Under the pieces are notes generated by a model. That model was not told where the DNA came from. It worked only from the letters and a program-made list of their open reading frames with translations, and did no database searches. Below, piece by piece: positions 38,680 to 50,900 of a stretch of DNA of 64,000 bases. Numbering within the stretch: position 1 is the stretch's first letter; each line of letters begins with the position of its first letter. This stretch comes from Bilabrum cf. latius. Taxonomy: Eukaryota. The stretch covers positions 558,001 through 622,000 of the forward strand of contig OZ237749.1 in assembly GCA_965178125.1 (NCBI GenBank), in the 5' to 3' direction. Position numbers and translations under genes: made by a program.

Positions 38680-41653
38680 GAGGGTTTACACTAGTGAACA
38701 ATGAGGCCGTACAGCCAGTTACTCTGCAGTGAAATCATGTGGCAGTCTTACGCATCCGGTGGACAGAGCGGCACTACGACGCGGACAGCAAGAAGGCTAG
38801 ACAAGACGCGCGTTATGCAGTCATTATAGAGAACGTGGTGCTCGGAAGTCCCCAGAAAGCCGTAGTTGCCCGCTGTGAGCGGGACAGGCCCATGCCACCA
38901 GCACCGCAAGGGAGGCAGAAAGGTACGGCGCACACGGCGAAGGCTGTCGATGTTCTGAATCTTTGCGCATCTCCTGCATTGAGTATACATCATACTGCAG
39001 TAGTTATCAATATCTGGCACAAGCTAGCCCTCGTTGTGCACTTCCAACACAATCAATTGTCTGTGTCGTCATCAGCCTCTGCCCAGTGGACAAGCTCGGC
39101 ATGTCCTGGGCGCGAAAGCGGCGGCAGGTACCAGTACTTCCCAGAGGCAAGCTGCTCCGCAATGCTTCCGTTGCAATACCCTCGAAGGAACATGGCCTGC
39201 CTCACTGCTCGCTCGCAGCTGGAACTTCCACCGCTAGACCGATCGGGCAGTGGTCCAAGCCCATCGGCTTGCTCTAGGGTACTTTCGCAGTCCGACACCG
39301 TCACCTCGGAGAGAGGCAGAAGTGACGCTGTTAAAGACTGGAACAGCTTCGACTCAAAGGATTGCTCCATTATGTGCAGCATGCAGGCGCCCGGGATGAC
39401 AGTATCGGCGTTGACTACCTGAGGTTCCGGCGCTCGTTGCAGGTACAAGGCCACTTGGTCGATCCTTTCGTCAGGCAGCTTGCCTGGGGCGTTGAGCAGC
39501 TCAAGTACAGTGATGCGGTCGTTACTTTCACCAATCGGGATGGAGCGGCTCGCGAAACGCAGCCATTGCCGCGCTGCTGGCGATGGATGGGTTGAGAGCT
39601 GCACCTTGTGTATCATCACGGTCTGCACGAGATCAGTCCTGGCCATCCATTTGCTCCGAAATGTCCTCTGCACATCTGACATCGCAGAGAAATCTGGCTG
39701 TGACGCTGCATACACTGGCCAGTACTGGTCAGGGAGATCTGATTTTCGCCACCACGCTTTGTCGCGGGCCTCCTTGACCAGCAGCATTGACCTAGACCGG
39801 TCACGCATCCCACTGACAGCTGCCCAGTCGCCTAAGCGGGCGGCGTCAACGGACGGGATGTGCTGCCTTGGCATGCTTGCAAGCGCAAGCGGTCTATTGG
39901 CTTCTTCGTATTCAACGTGCAGCATGTCCTAGTAGAGGGGAGCACCGGAGTTGAGCTACAGCTCGAGAGGGGGGCACCTGGAAAAGCCGCTGTCGACTGC
40001 AGGCTTCACGGACGCTACGGCAAAACGATTCATAAAACTAATAGCCCCGGGCGGTACCTGCGAGCGGTTGCTGGCGGACGCATCTGCCTCCCGAATCAAT
40101 CGATCGAAGGAAGTCACGTTGATGTACTCGTCCACATCCATGTTGATCATCCACTCGGCCAAGGGCTTGCCGTACTTGAATAGGAAGTGCGCCATCGCAT
40201 GGGGCTGTGATTCTTGTCGGTACGACCAATAGCTATCAAGGTGATTGTTGTACTTCCTGAATGGCCAGGAGAGCTCCAGCACTGTGGGGTTGCGCCGAGT
40301 AGAGACCTGCACGTGCTGCAAGCACTGCGCCTGCAGGTTGGGATGCAATCGAAATGGCGCAGCGCAAAGCTATACGCTGCTGCCCGGCATAAAATCAGCA
40401 ATCGGATCCAGTGGCGCTTGGCGCGACTCATCAAGCTGGATGCCTTCGCAGTAGAACTTTGCGGCTTCCGCCAAGAGACACGCGGCTTGCAGCCACTCGT
40501 CGTCATTTCTGTACACCACCGCTGCCTCCACGCCTCGGTCAGCATGAAAGGCCGCCCACGATGCCATATATCGCTCCTTGTCCTCTAGCAGCATCATGGT
40601 TGTAGCCATGAGCTTGTAAGGGCGGGGGTCTCTGAAATCTCCGGTACCTGCCGCAGGCTACGGCTGGTCGTCCGATGAGTCATTGACAAATGCTTGTCGC
40701 GCTGTCACTCGAGGCCAAATGCAATTCCAACCAGGGTACAACACGCAGTCAATTCCACCATTTCGGAGCACGGAGTCTTCGAACTATATCACTCTGCCAA
40801 CCTCAGGCTATTGTGATTCGACTTCAGCTTGAAGTGATCGCAGTTGGCTCCCGAGCAGGTCGGCATGCCAAACCCTTCGGGCAAATGCCTTTTCACCGTA
40901 CCGAATTGCAACTTCAATGAACTAGTTTAAATGAATCTCACGTGGAAGTACCCACCTTACTGTCTCCCATGCGTTATTTGGAAACTGTTCATGCGGTAGT
41001 GCAGGTGATGCGGTTTTGTGTAGCAGCTCATGCCATGGGGCTCCCGGTATTGAGGCTCGCACCACAGGCTTTAGTTCTTCCATTCGAATTCCGATTCTGG
41101 CATACTGTGGCACAATCGCGAATAGTTGCCTGTCTCTCGCGAATACATCGTGGACAAGCCATCGTATGCCAACGTTTGGCGGATGCGGCGTGGAAATGTT
41201 TCCGCCCGTGCTCCTCTCTGCGCCTCCAAGATGCCATGCGCACCTGCCAAGAGGGATCTCATCTGGCAATTCAACTCTCTCTTGCTTCAAAGCACCGCCA
41301 AGGTTGTCGTAACAGAGCTCTATCGGCTGCACCCGATGGTAAGGGTGACTGCCCTCATGCAAGATGCGCGATGACGGCAGCCCGTGCCAGTCCCGTGGCT
41401 AGCGGACTATACCGCAGGATCCCAGTGCAAACAGCCAGAAGAGGGCTGTCAGATTTCTGGCAAAGCAGCACATGTAGAGTTGCAAGCACCGATTTCTGGC
41501 AAAGCCACACTCTACTACAGGGCGGTATCCCTTGTGACGCTGAGAGAGCAGAGAAAACTGGATCCTAGATTGTATTTCTGATGTCGAAGAACTACACTCT
41601 TTCTCGTTCGCGCTGGGAAAAAGTCAGCTGTCGAGCACACGTTGTCGTGCTCC
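38680..41653. repeat. ~2.97 kb direct duplication, copy 1
   Basis: Matches 44399-47372 at offset 5719, with only about a dozen substitutions seen. Confidence 0.95.
39053..41473 (-). CDS. GT92/GT2-like glycosyltransferase, paralog B1 (~806 aa, 8 in-frame TAG)
   Basis: Hydrophobic leader MCCFARNLTALFWLFALGSCG. ORFs 40922-41362, 40370-40609, 39956-40348 and 39053-39925 join across TAG. Motifs ERYMASWAAFHADRG and WMINMDVDEYI. Confidence 0.75.
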
Positions 41654-41727
41654 GAGGCCCTCTCTGCTGCCACTGCGTCCCCCGCTGGCGCCGCAGCGGA
41701 ACTTTGGGCTGTGGCGGAGGGCGGCCA

Positions 41728-41899
41728 TGCCCGAGCCAAACTTTCGGCTCGGGCAAAAGGCAACTTTGCCCGAGCCGAATCATTTTATATTTAAACTAGG
41801 TTTGCCGCGATTTCAGCGATTGGGCCCGAGCGGAATGCTAGGCTCGGGCGCCGAGCACCTGCGCCCGAGCCTAGGGTTTTCTTTTTTTCGGCTCGGGCA
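41728..41899. repeat. Array of seven GCCCGAGC motifs in both orientations forming overlapping inverted repeats
   Basis: Perfect inverted repeats at 41728-41737/41746-41755 (10 bp), 41743-41757/41765-41779 (15 bp) and 41838-41851/41861-41874 (14 bp). Confidence 0.9.
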
Positions 41900-42051
41900 C
41901 GGGTATTTCGCTATTTTTATGGCCGTTTGCGTGGTATATGGGGCTGGTATCGCCGCCGGTGTGCAGTTCGACCGCCTGGGCAGCAGTCGGAGGCTTCCCG
42001 GCATGATGCTCCTGCTGCTAGACTAGGACAATGTACAGAAACGCACGCAAT

Positions 42052-44388
42052 TCAACCATTCTTTGGCTCGATGAATCGAACCTTCTTCTGAGGGCGCGAC
42101 TCCTCTTCGTCGGGCGCGGAAGCCGTGCCCTGTCCGTCGGCCTTGGCCTCCGCCCCGCGGCGACGGCGCTTGCTGCCGATCCTGAGCTGGGCAGCTCCAC
42201 CCTGGCCGTGCCGCGGCTTCCGCGCTATCCCATCCCCACCAGGGTCAACTCCCTCCGCTACGGCATCGCCGCTCGAAAGAGATGCATCCTGGCAGACGCC
42301 AGACCTGGAGCTGCTCTTTCTGTCCGCCATCCCGGTGCCGCTGGAGAGGATACTCGTGGCATCCAGGTCGCCCGAGCCATCCGGCTGCGTGGGTAGCTCA
42401 TCATCCACCCGTGTGTTATGCCCGTCGGCGGACGAGCGTCTGCCTCGTGGCCGCTTCCTCCTGTGGCTCCTGCTTCCACCCATCTCGTCTTCCTCATCCT
42501 CGTCCTCCTCCTCCTCGTCACGTATGCCCCCCACTCCCCCGGGGACCAGCCCGAGTAGGGCCTCGAGATTGCCATCCAGGACCAGGCCATTCCGCCTGCC
42601 ACCACCATGCTGGTCTCCTTGCAAGCTCGCAGACGCATTCAGCCCGAGCGTCGCCCTTCTGCTGCTGCTGCTGCTTTTGCTTTTGCTTTTGCTGCTGCTG
42701 CTGCCGCCGCCACCCTTGCCCGGCGGTTGCTCTAATAGGCCTGCTTCGTCCTCGTCAAACAGACCCACGGATCCCATGCCTGCTTGCGTCAGGTGCTTAC
42801 GGGCACCGCCATCGGTGCTCGTGGCAGCCAGGTCGCCCGAGCCATCCAGCTGCGTGGGTAGCTCATCATCCGCCTGTGTGTTATGCCCGTCGGCGGGCGA
42901 GCGCCTGCCTCGTGACTGCTTCCTTCTATGCCTGCTTCTACCGCCCATCTCGTCTTCCTCATCCTCGTCCTCCTCGTCATCGGCTATGGCCGCCCACCAC
43001 TTATAGTGACCACCACCGTTGCCCTTGGCAGCCTGGGCCCACATGAACGAAGAGTCTTGCCTTGCCGGGCCTCGGTCATTCACGAGGGGCTCTGGGGTAT
43101 CCGGGGTCAGTCCGGATACAGATGCTGCTGCGGTGCGGGCGGACTTGCGCCGTAGCTTCGCGCCGGACTTGCCCCCACTGCTTGCGCTCTGCGCATCCCT
43201 CCCAGCCTTTCGAGCGACTCCCCTGCCAGTGCGAGCAGACTCCTTGCGTGCTTGTTTCGCTGCCAACAAGCACTTCAGCGCGTGGGCAGGCAGCCCGTAG
43301 TCGGATCGTTTTGACTCAAAATGGTCCGTGGCTGCGGTGAGGTCCCGCTAGCATCCGAGCCTGGACAGCTTCCACTGAAGATTGGCAACTTGGAGCTGGT
43401 GCTTCGACAGCGTAGGAACCGGCGGCTCTGGCGGGGCTGGCGGACTGAGGACCCTCGTGCCCAGGACATCCGCGCTCACGCGCTTGGTTCGAATGCAGTA
43501 GGCCCTGGCCAGGGCTCTAGGCAGTGCGGCTCGCGTCACGTCCACGGCGCTCGCGCGCGAGTTCTCCCCTCGTTGGCACAGCATGTGGAGGCCGAGTGAC
43601 GGCTTGAGCATCTGCTGCACGGCTGGGACGCAGGCGGCGGCAGCCTTCAGGCTCTTCCGCACGCCGGACTGCCAGCCGCTGCTCGCAGCTTGCCGTACCG
43701 CGACTGGAACAATCATCCCCCACAGCACCTCCGCGGGCGAGACGCCCTTTGGCGCCTGCACGAGCGCTGTAATCGCACATTGCATCCGCAGCTGGTGCAG
43801 GCCGCACGGGTGGCATGCAGGCTGGCCCTGGCGCAGCACACGGCCGGCTTCTTGCACCACCGCTGTGGCAGCTCTCCCGGCGTGGGCCATGCGGTGCCTG
43901 CGCACTCCCTGGGTGACTGTATCCATGGCCACGGACATCGCCGCGGCATGATTCAGCACGAAGGCCGGCACTAGCCCAGGAAATCGATCGCCTAGGTCAC
44001 CGTCGTATCGGGGCCTCTCCGGGACACCGTGTACCACGGGAAGAGCTGCGGTCGCATCCAAAGGTTCGATGCAGCCAGCCAGCATTGCGATGCTGCCGGT
44101 ACACTTTTGCTTGGCGTAGTTGCCCGCGTTCTTGGTCCTGTGCGTCCGTCGGCATTCAGTCGCTCGCTTCCAAAAGGCCGCGGCCCCGCGCGCAATGGAC
44201 ACTACCAGTGCGTCAGAGCAGCCGAGCGACACCGTCTCGGGTAGGCGGGGCAGCCTTGTCGCTGCGGGACCCTCCGAGCTTGGCTTTGTGTGCAGCATCG
44301 GTCCAAAGGCAATGCCGGTCCTGCTGCTCCGGATGATGTCTGCCTGCAGCCGGATGCTGCTTTCGCACACGCGCGTCTCGACCCCCAC
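42052..44388 (-). CDS. Hypothetical protein, probably transposon-associated, apparently 5'-truncated at the duplication boundary (~778 codons, 1 TAG)
   Basis: ORFs 43348-44388 and 42052-43269 are in frame across TAG 43348. Low-complexity acidic/basic C-terminus with an internal ~55 aa duplication. Confidence 0.5.
42355..42980. repeat. Diverged ~165-bp direct repeat (about 42355-42519 and 42819-42980)
   Basis: Encodes EDEDEEDEMGG...ADGHNT..DDELPTQ.DGSGDL.ATS twice. Confidence 0.85.
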
Positions 44389-44398
44389 AACAGGAAGG

Positions 44399-47372
44399 GA
44401 GGGGTTACGCTAGTGAACAATGAGGCCGTACAGCCAGTTACTCTGCAGTGAAATCATGTGGCAGTCTTACGCATCCGGTGGACAGAGCGGCACTACGACG
44501 CGGACAGCAAGAAGGCTAGACAAGACGCGCGTTATGCAGTCATTATAGAGAACGTGGTGCTCGGAAGTCCCCAGAAAGCCGTAGTTGCCCGCTGTGAGCG
44601 GGACAGGCCCATGCCACCAGCACCGCAAGGGAGGCAGAAAGGTACGGCGCGCACGGCGAGGGCTGTCGATGTTCTGAATCTTTGCGCATCTCCTACATTG
44701 AGTATACATCATACTGCAGTAGTTATCAATATCTGGCACAAGCTAGCCCTCGTTGTGCACTTCCAACACAATCAATTGTCTGTGTCGTCATCAGCCTCTG
44801 CCCAGTGGACAAGCTCGGCATGTCCTGGGCGCGAAAGCGGCGGCAGGTACCAGTACTTCCCAGAGGCAAGCCGCTCTACAATGCTTCCGTTGCAATACCC
44901 TCGAAGGAACATGGCCTGCCTCACTGCTCGCTCGCAGCTGGAACTTCCACCGCTAGACCGATCGGGCAGTGGTCCAAGCCCATCGGCTTGCTCTAGGGTA
45001 CTTTCGCAGTCCGACACCGTCACCTCGGAGAGAGGCAGAAGTGACGCTGTTAAAGACTGGAACAGCTTCGACTCAAAGGATTGCTCCATTATGTGCAGCA
45101 TGCAGGCGCCCGGGATGACAGTCTCGGCGTTGACTACCTGAGGTTCCGGCGCTCGTTGCAGGTACAAGGCCACTTGGTCGATCCTTTCGTCAGGCAGCTT
45201 GCCTGGGGCGTTGAGCAGCTCAAGTACAGTGATGCGGTCGTTACTTTCACCAATCGGGATGGAGCGGCTCGCGAAACGCAGCCATTGCCGCGCTGCTGGC
45301 GATGGATGGGTTGAGAGCTGCACCTTGTGTATCATCACGGTCTGCACGAGATCAGTCCTGGCCATCCATTTGCTCCGAAATGTCCTCTGCACATCTGACA
45401 TCGCAGAGAAATCTGGCTGTGACGCTGCATACACTGGCCAGTACTGGTCAGGGAGATCTGATTTTCGCCACCACGCTTTGTCGCGGGCCTCCTTGACCAG
45501 CAGCATTGACCTAGACCGGTCACGCAACCCACTGACAGCTGCCCAGTCGCCTAAGCGGGCGGCGTCAACGGACGGGATGTGCTGCCTTGGCATGCTTGCA
45601 AGCGCAAGCGGTCTATTGGCTTCTTCGTATTCAACGTGCAGCATGTCCTAGTAGAGGGGAGCACCGGAGTTGAGCTACAGCTCGAGAGGGGGGCACCTGG
45701 AAAAGCCGCTGTCGACTGCAGGCTTCACGGACGCTACGGCAAAACGATTCATAAAACTAATAGCCCCGGGCGGTACCTGCGAGCGGTTGCTGGCGGACGC
45801 ATCTGCCTCCCGAATCAATCGATCGAAGGAAGTCACGTTGATGTACTCGTCCACATCCATGTTGATCATCCACTCGGCCAAGGGCTTGCCGTACTTGAAT
45901 AGGAAGTGCGCCATCGCATGGGGCTGTGATTCTTGTCGGTACGACCAATAGCTATCAAGGTGATTGTTGTACTTCCTGAATGGCCAGGAGAGCTCCAGCA
46001 CTGTGGGGTTGCGCCGAGTAGAGACCTGCACGTGCTGCAAGCACTGCGCCTGCAGGTTGGGATGCAATCGAAATGGCGCAGCGCAAAGCTATACGCTGCT
46101 GCCCGGCATAAAATCAGCAATCGGATCCAGTGGCGCTTGGCGCGACTCATCAAGCTGGATGCCTTCGCAGTAGAACTTTGCGGCTTCCGCCAAGAGACAC
46201 GCGGCTTGCAGCCACTCGTCGTCATTTCTGTACACCACCGCTGCCTCCACGCCTCGGTCAGCATGAAAGGCCGCCCACGATGCCATATATCGCTCCTTGT
46301 CCTCTAGCAGCATCATGGTTGTAGCCATGAGCTTGTAAGGGCGGGGGTCTCTGAAATCTCCGGTACCTGCCGCAGGCTACGGCTGGTCGTCCGATGAGTC
46401 ATTGACAAATGCTTGTCGCGCTGTCACTCGAGGCCAAATGCAATTCCAACCAGGGTACAACACGCAGTCAATTCCACCATTTCGGAGCACGGAGTCTTCG
46501 AACTATATCACTCTGCCAACCTCAGGCTATTGTGATTCGACTTCAGCTTGAAGTGATCGCAGTTGGCTCCCGAGCAGGTCGGCATGCCAAACCCTTCGGG
46601 CAAATGCCTTTTCACCGTACCGAATTGCAACTTCAATGAACTAGTTTAAATGAATCTCACGTGGAAGTACCCACCTTACTGTCTCCCATGCGTTATTTGG
46701 AAACTGTTCATGCGGTAGTGCAGGTGATGCGGTTTTGTGTAGCAGCTCATGCCATGGGGCTCCCGGTATTGAGGCTCGCACCACAGGCTTTAGTTCTTCC
46801 ATTCGAATTCCGATTCTGGCATACTGTGGCACAATCGCGAATAGTTGCCTGTCTCTCGCGAATACATCGTGGACAAGCCATCGTATGCCAACGTTTGGCG
46901 GATGCGGCGTGGAAATGTTTCCGCCCGTGCTCCTCTCTGCGCCTCCAAGATGCCATGCGCACCTGCCAAGAGGGATCTCATCTGGCAACTCAACTCTCTC
47001 TTGCTTCAAAGCACCGCCAAGGTTGTCGTAACAGAGCTCTATCGGCTGCACCCGATGGTAAGGGTGACTGCCCTCATGCAAGATGCGCGATGACGGCAGC
47101 CCGTGCCAGTCCCGTGGCTAGCGGACTATACCGCAGGATCCCAGTGCAAACAGCCAGAAGAGGGCTGTCAGATTTCTGGCAAAGCAGCACATGTAGAGTT
47201 GCAAGCACCGATTTCTGGCAAAGCCACACTCTACTACAGGGCGGTATCCCTTGTGACGCTGAGAGAGCAGAGAAAACTGGATCCTAGATTGTATTTCTGA
47301 TGTCGAAGAACTACACTCTTTCTCGTTCGCGCTGGGAAAAAGTCAGCTGTCGAGCACACGTTGTTGTGCTCC
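44399..47372. repeat. ~2.97 kb direct duplication, copy 2
   Basis: Near-identical to 38680-41653. Confidence 0.95.
44772..47192 (-). CDS. GT92/GT2-like glycosyltransferase, paralog B2 (near-identical to B1)
   Basis: Same frame and TAG positions as B1 at offset 5719. Confidence 0.75.
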
Positions 47373-47971
47373 TCTCCGCTGCTCGGGCCATCTACTCCGA
47401 GTACTATTATGAAGCCACAACCACAAAAAAATTAGCAGATTTGGATGTCAGAACAGAAGATTCGCATTCAATTTCAGATTTCAGAAGCACAACAAAATGC
47501 AGAATGGTTCAAGGAGTCAACTTTGTGCGGCTACAAATATGCTCACTTGATAAATCTGGTTCAGTTTGAAGGATAGATGCTAAAGCCCTGTAGTATCCGC
47601 TCTGAACGGCATAGCCAAGCGGTAGTAAATAAACGTAAAATCACGATTAATACCATTTTTTAATAAATCATAGTCTGAAGCGAGGTGAGTTGCCTAGGCG
47701 CAGTCACACGTTGGGTAACAACTCCACGTCCACAGTCATGCCACCGCTGGAGCCTGGTGTCGCGCATGCAACACAGCGTAAGCATTCAAGTGAATGCATC
47801 GCTGTGGTCAACGCATGGCTCCACAGGAAATTTCCAGTGCGGCTTTGCTGCTTTTAAGACGGGTCCGTGTCTTCCCAATGACCACTCCGGGCGACTTCAC
47901 ACACGGCCTCAAACCTGCGAAATAACAATAACAATAACGAACGCTGCAAAGTCATGACTAAGCCACTGGTC

Positions 47972-50900
47972 TCACTCGAAGGCGCTGGCAGCAGCTGCTG
48001 GCCCCGCCTTGCTCATGGACCCTTTCTTCAGGAGAGGGTTGCGGCCGCTGTTGCGCCGACTGAGGGAGCGACTCGAGGCCGCGGCCTTCCCGAACTCCTT
48101 CTTCTTGCCCCCGCGAGCCATGCCCAGGCTCATGGGGTTCATGCCCATCGGACTCGACCCGCCCAGCCTCGGGGACCCGGCGGCTCCTGCTCCCACGCGC
48201 GGGGATGAGGCGCCCACGAGAGGAGACACGCCGCTGGCCGCCGCCCGCATGTTCTCCTTGGTCAGCCTGCCGTACTCCTTGGACATCTCCTCGTACGACA
48301 GCACGAACTCCTTGAACTGGCCCCTGAGGCGCACCCACGAGTGCCGGTCCAGGCTCTCCAGCTCCATCATGCCGCGCATGTTCTGCAGGAGAGCAGAGTC
48401 GCCATCCGCGCCGCTGTCCTTGCCAGCCTTGCTGACATCCATGAGCGGGTTGGCACTGTACTGAGCGTTGGACATGTCCACATCGATCTTGCGGGCGGCC
48501 TTGCCCTCCTTGACCTTCTTGATGCTGGCTTGCTGCAGCCGGCGGGCGCGGTCCTTGGCCGTGACCAGCATGTACAGCTCCAGCCCGAAGACCGTGAAGT
48601 AGTACGTGATGGATGACATGATGATGAGCATGAGGATGATGGTGATGGCGTCCCGCTGGTCCTGGTAGCCCTCCTGATCGAAGCGGCCCGACTCGAGCAT
48701 GATGCCGCCCAGCGTCACGAGGATGGCGCAGAACAGCAGCACCGTCTCCACGGTGTTCCAGTTCATCACGTTGCTGCCCATCACGCCCATCACGTCCTTG
48801 GGATCCACGGCGGCCGCGTTGATGCGCGTGCTGCTAAGGCTGTTCTGCGACCTCTGGTTGGCCTTCTCCTGCCTCTTGTCCTGCGAGCGGATCGTGTCCC
48901 ACAGCGAGTAGTACAGCTCAGGGGACCGGGCGCACATGATAAAGGCGGCAGCGCCCGTGGACTGCAGGCAGCCCACGCACCCGCCCTGCTGGGCGCGCGC
49001 CATGGACCCAGTGCTAGCCATGCCAGTGGTGTCCAGCAGCTCGTCGCGGCGGTTAGCCGAGTTCTGCGCGGCGGCTTTGTCGATGGCATCCGAGGAGCTG
49101 CGGTCCGCCTGGGCCTTGCGGAGACCCTCGTCCACGGACTTGCCGGCCCAGTCGATGAGCGTGTCCTGGTACTCGGCGGGGGGCATGTACGGGTTGTACT
49201 TGACCTGCAGCGTGTAGCACAGGAAGATGACCAGCAGCGTGGCGGCCATCTGGAAGGACGCGTTGGTGTTGAACATGAGCGAGCAGAAGGCGATGAGGGC
49301 CTTGCGCGCGATGATGGTCATGACCCACCAGTAGTACTCGGGCTTGAAGTAGTAGTACAGACGCTGGAACTTGACACGGAATGCCGCGGCCTGCTTGATG
49401 GCCTCGGGATCGGATGACACAAAGGTGTATCCGTGTCCCTGGGCCCTCCTGAGCTGGTCCAGCATAATAGTCTCCTTGTTTACAACCAGCATAAAGGCCA
49501 CCCACGCGGGGAAGCCGAATGTGTACACGATCAGCGCGATCACGGCGAAGGGCATGAGCTGCAGCTGCACGCCACCCTTCTGTCCGCACGGCTCGAACAC
49601 AGCCTGCAGGTACTTCTGTCCGTCTGGCGGTGTGGTTGGCACGCAGTTGAACACGTCCAGGATGGTCTTGGTCTCGTGCAGGTACAGGAAGTACAGCAGC
49701 ACGATCAGGCCAGCCACCAGAGGAGCGTACCGCTGCCCCTTGGGGTCTTTCTGCATGTTGGTGAAGAGCGCGTACAGCCAGAAGGCCGCGAAGGCCACCA
49801 TGCCCATGGCGATGACGGCCAGAGGCAGCAACACGATGAAGTACCACTTGGTCTGGAAGGCCAGCTCGGGCACCGTGCACTCGGGGGCCGTGATCTCGAG
49901 GTTGAGGTTGAAGGCGGACAGGATGTGGAACAGGTCCTTGAGCATGGGGGGCCAGCTCACGCGGGCGTTGGCGAAGATGGCCAGCACCTGGAAGTAGTCC
50001 ACGCCGATGGCGATCAGCGCAATGTTGATCTTGCTGCGGTTCAGCCACAGGCCCACGCATCCGGCCGTCATGGCCATCAGCACGAACGCCACGATGAGGA
50101 TCCACGGGTTGTCGGGGCACTTGACGCACTCGCCCGCGCGCCTGTAGAAGCCCGTGTCGCAGCTGGCGCACCTGTACATGGGCGCCTTGGAGGCATACCC
50201 TCGGGCGCAGAAGTTGTCGCCCACGCACGCCCACTGCGGCTCGCACGCCACGATGCACACGTCCCTGGGCCCGCCCTCGTGGATCATGGGCTCGTTCTCG
50301 TCCAGCGGGTGCCTGGGCGCCACAACCTGCCGGCCCGGCGGGCAGACCTGGAGCATGTCGATGTTGGCGGTGTCGGACGAGTTGAGGTTGTAGAAACTCT
50401 CCAAAGGCCTGGGCATGGTGTGCGTGTTGTTGAATTGGTCGTATCCGTTGCACACGCCGCCCTCGGGACATGGCAGGCACATCTCGCCCTCCAGCCCGAA
50501 GTAGTCCCGGTCACACACCACCTGCACCAGCGGCGGCCTGGTGATGCCTGCGAAGCGGCGCTGGCCAGCCACCTGCACGGTGATGTTCTTGGGTCCGACG
50601 GTGTCTACATCCAGGTGGCACTCCAGCACGGCCCGTTGGGTGGTGTCCCCGGTGAACTCGTCCAACACCTCGGCCACGGACCGCTGGGCTCCCTCGGGCA
50701 GAGCGCCCGGCATGAAGCACTCCCTCGCTCCGATGTGGATGCGGGACAGGCGCTCTGCTTCGCTCCAGCCCTCGGTGGATCCCGTGGGTCCGAAGTTCCT
50801 GCCCTTGATGGTGATGGGGTGCCTGCCCTCCAGCTCGCGCACCTCCACAGTCTGCGGCGTCACGGATGTGATGAACGGCCTCGAGTAGTTGACCAGCAGC

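Noticed and set aside
38739-39422. 227 aa plus-strand ORF, duplicated at 44458-45141
   Set aside because: Overlaps the GT92-like gene antisense, has no recognisable domain, and is repeated only because the DNA is duplicated.
38680-47372. LTR retrotransposon (long direct repeats flanking an ORF)
   Set aside because: The repeats contain a whole glycosyltransferase gene, and I see no gag, RT or integrase motifs in the interior.
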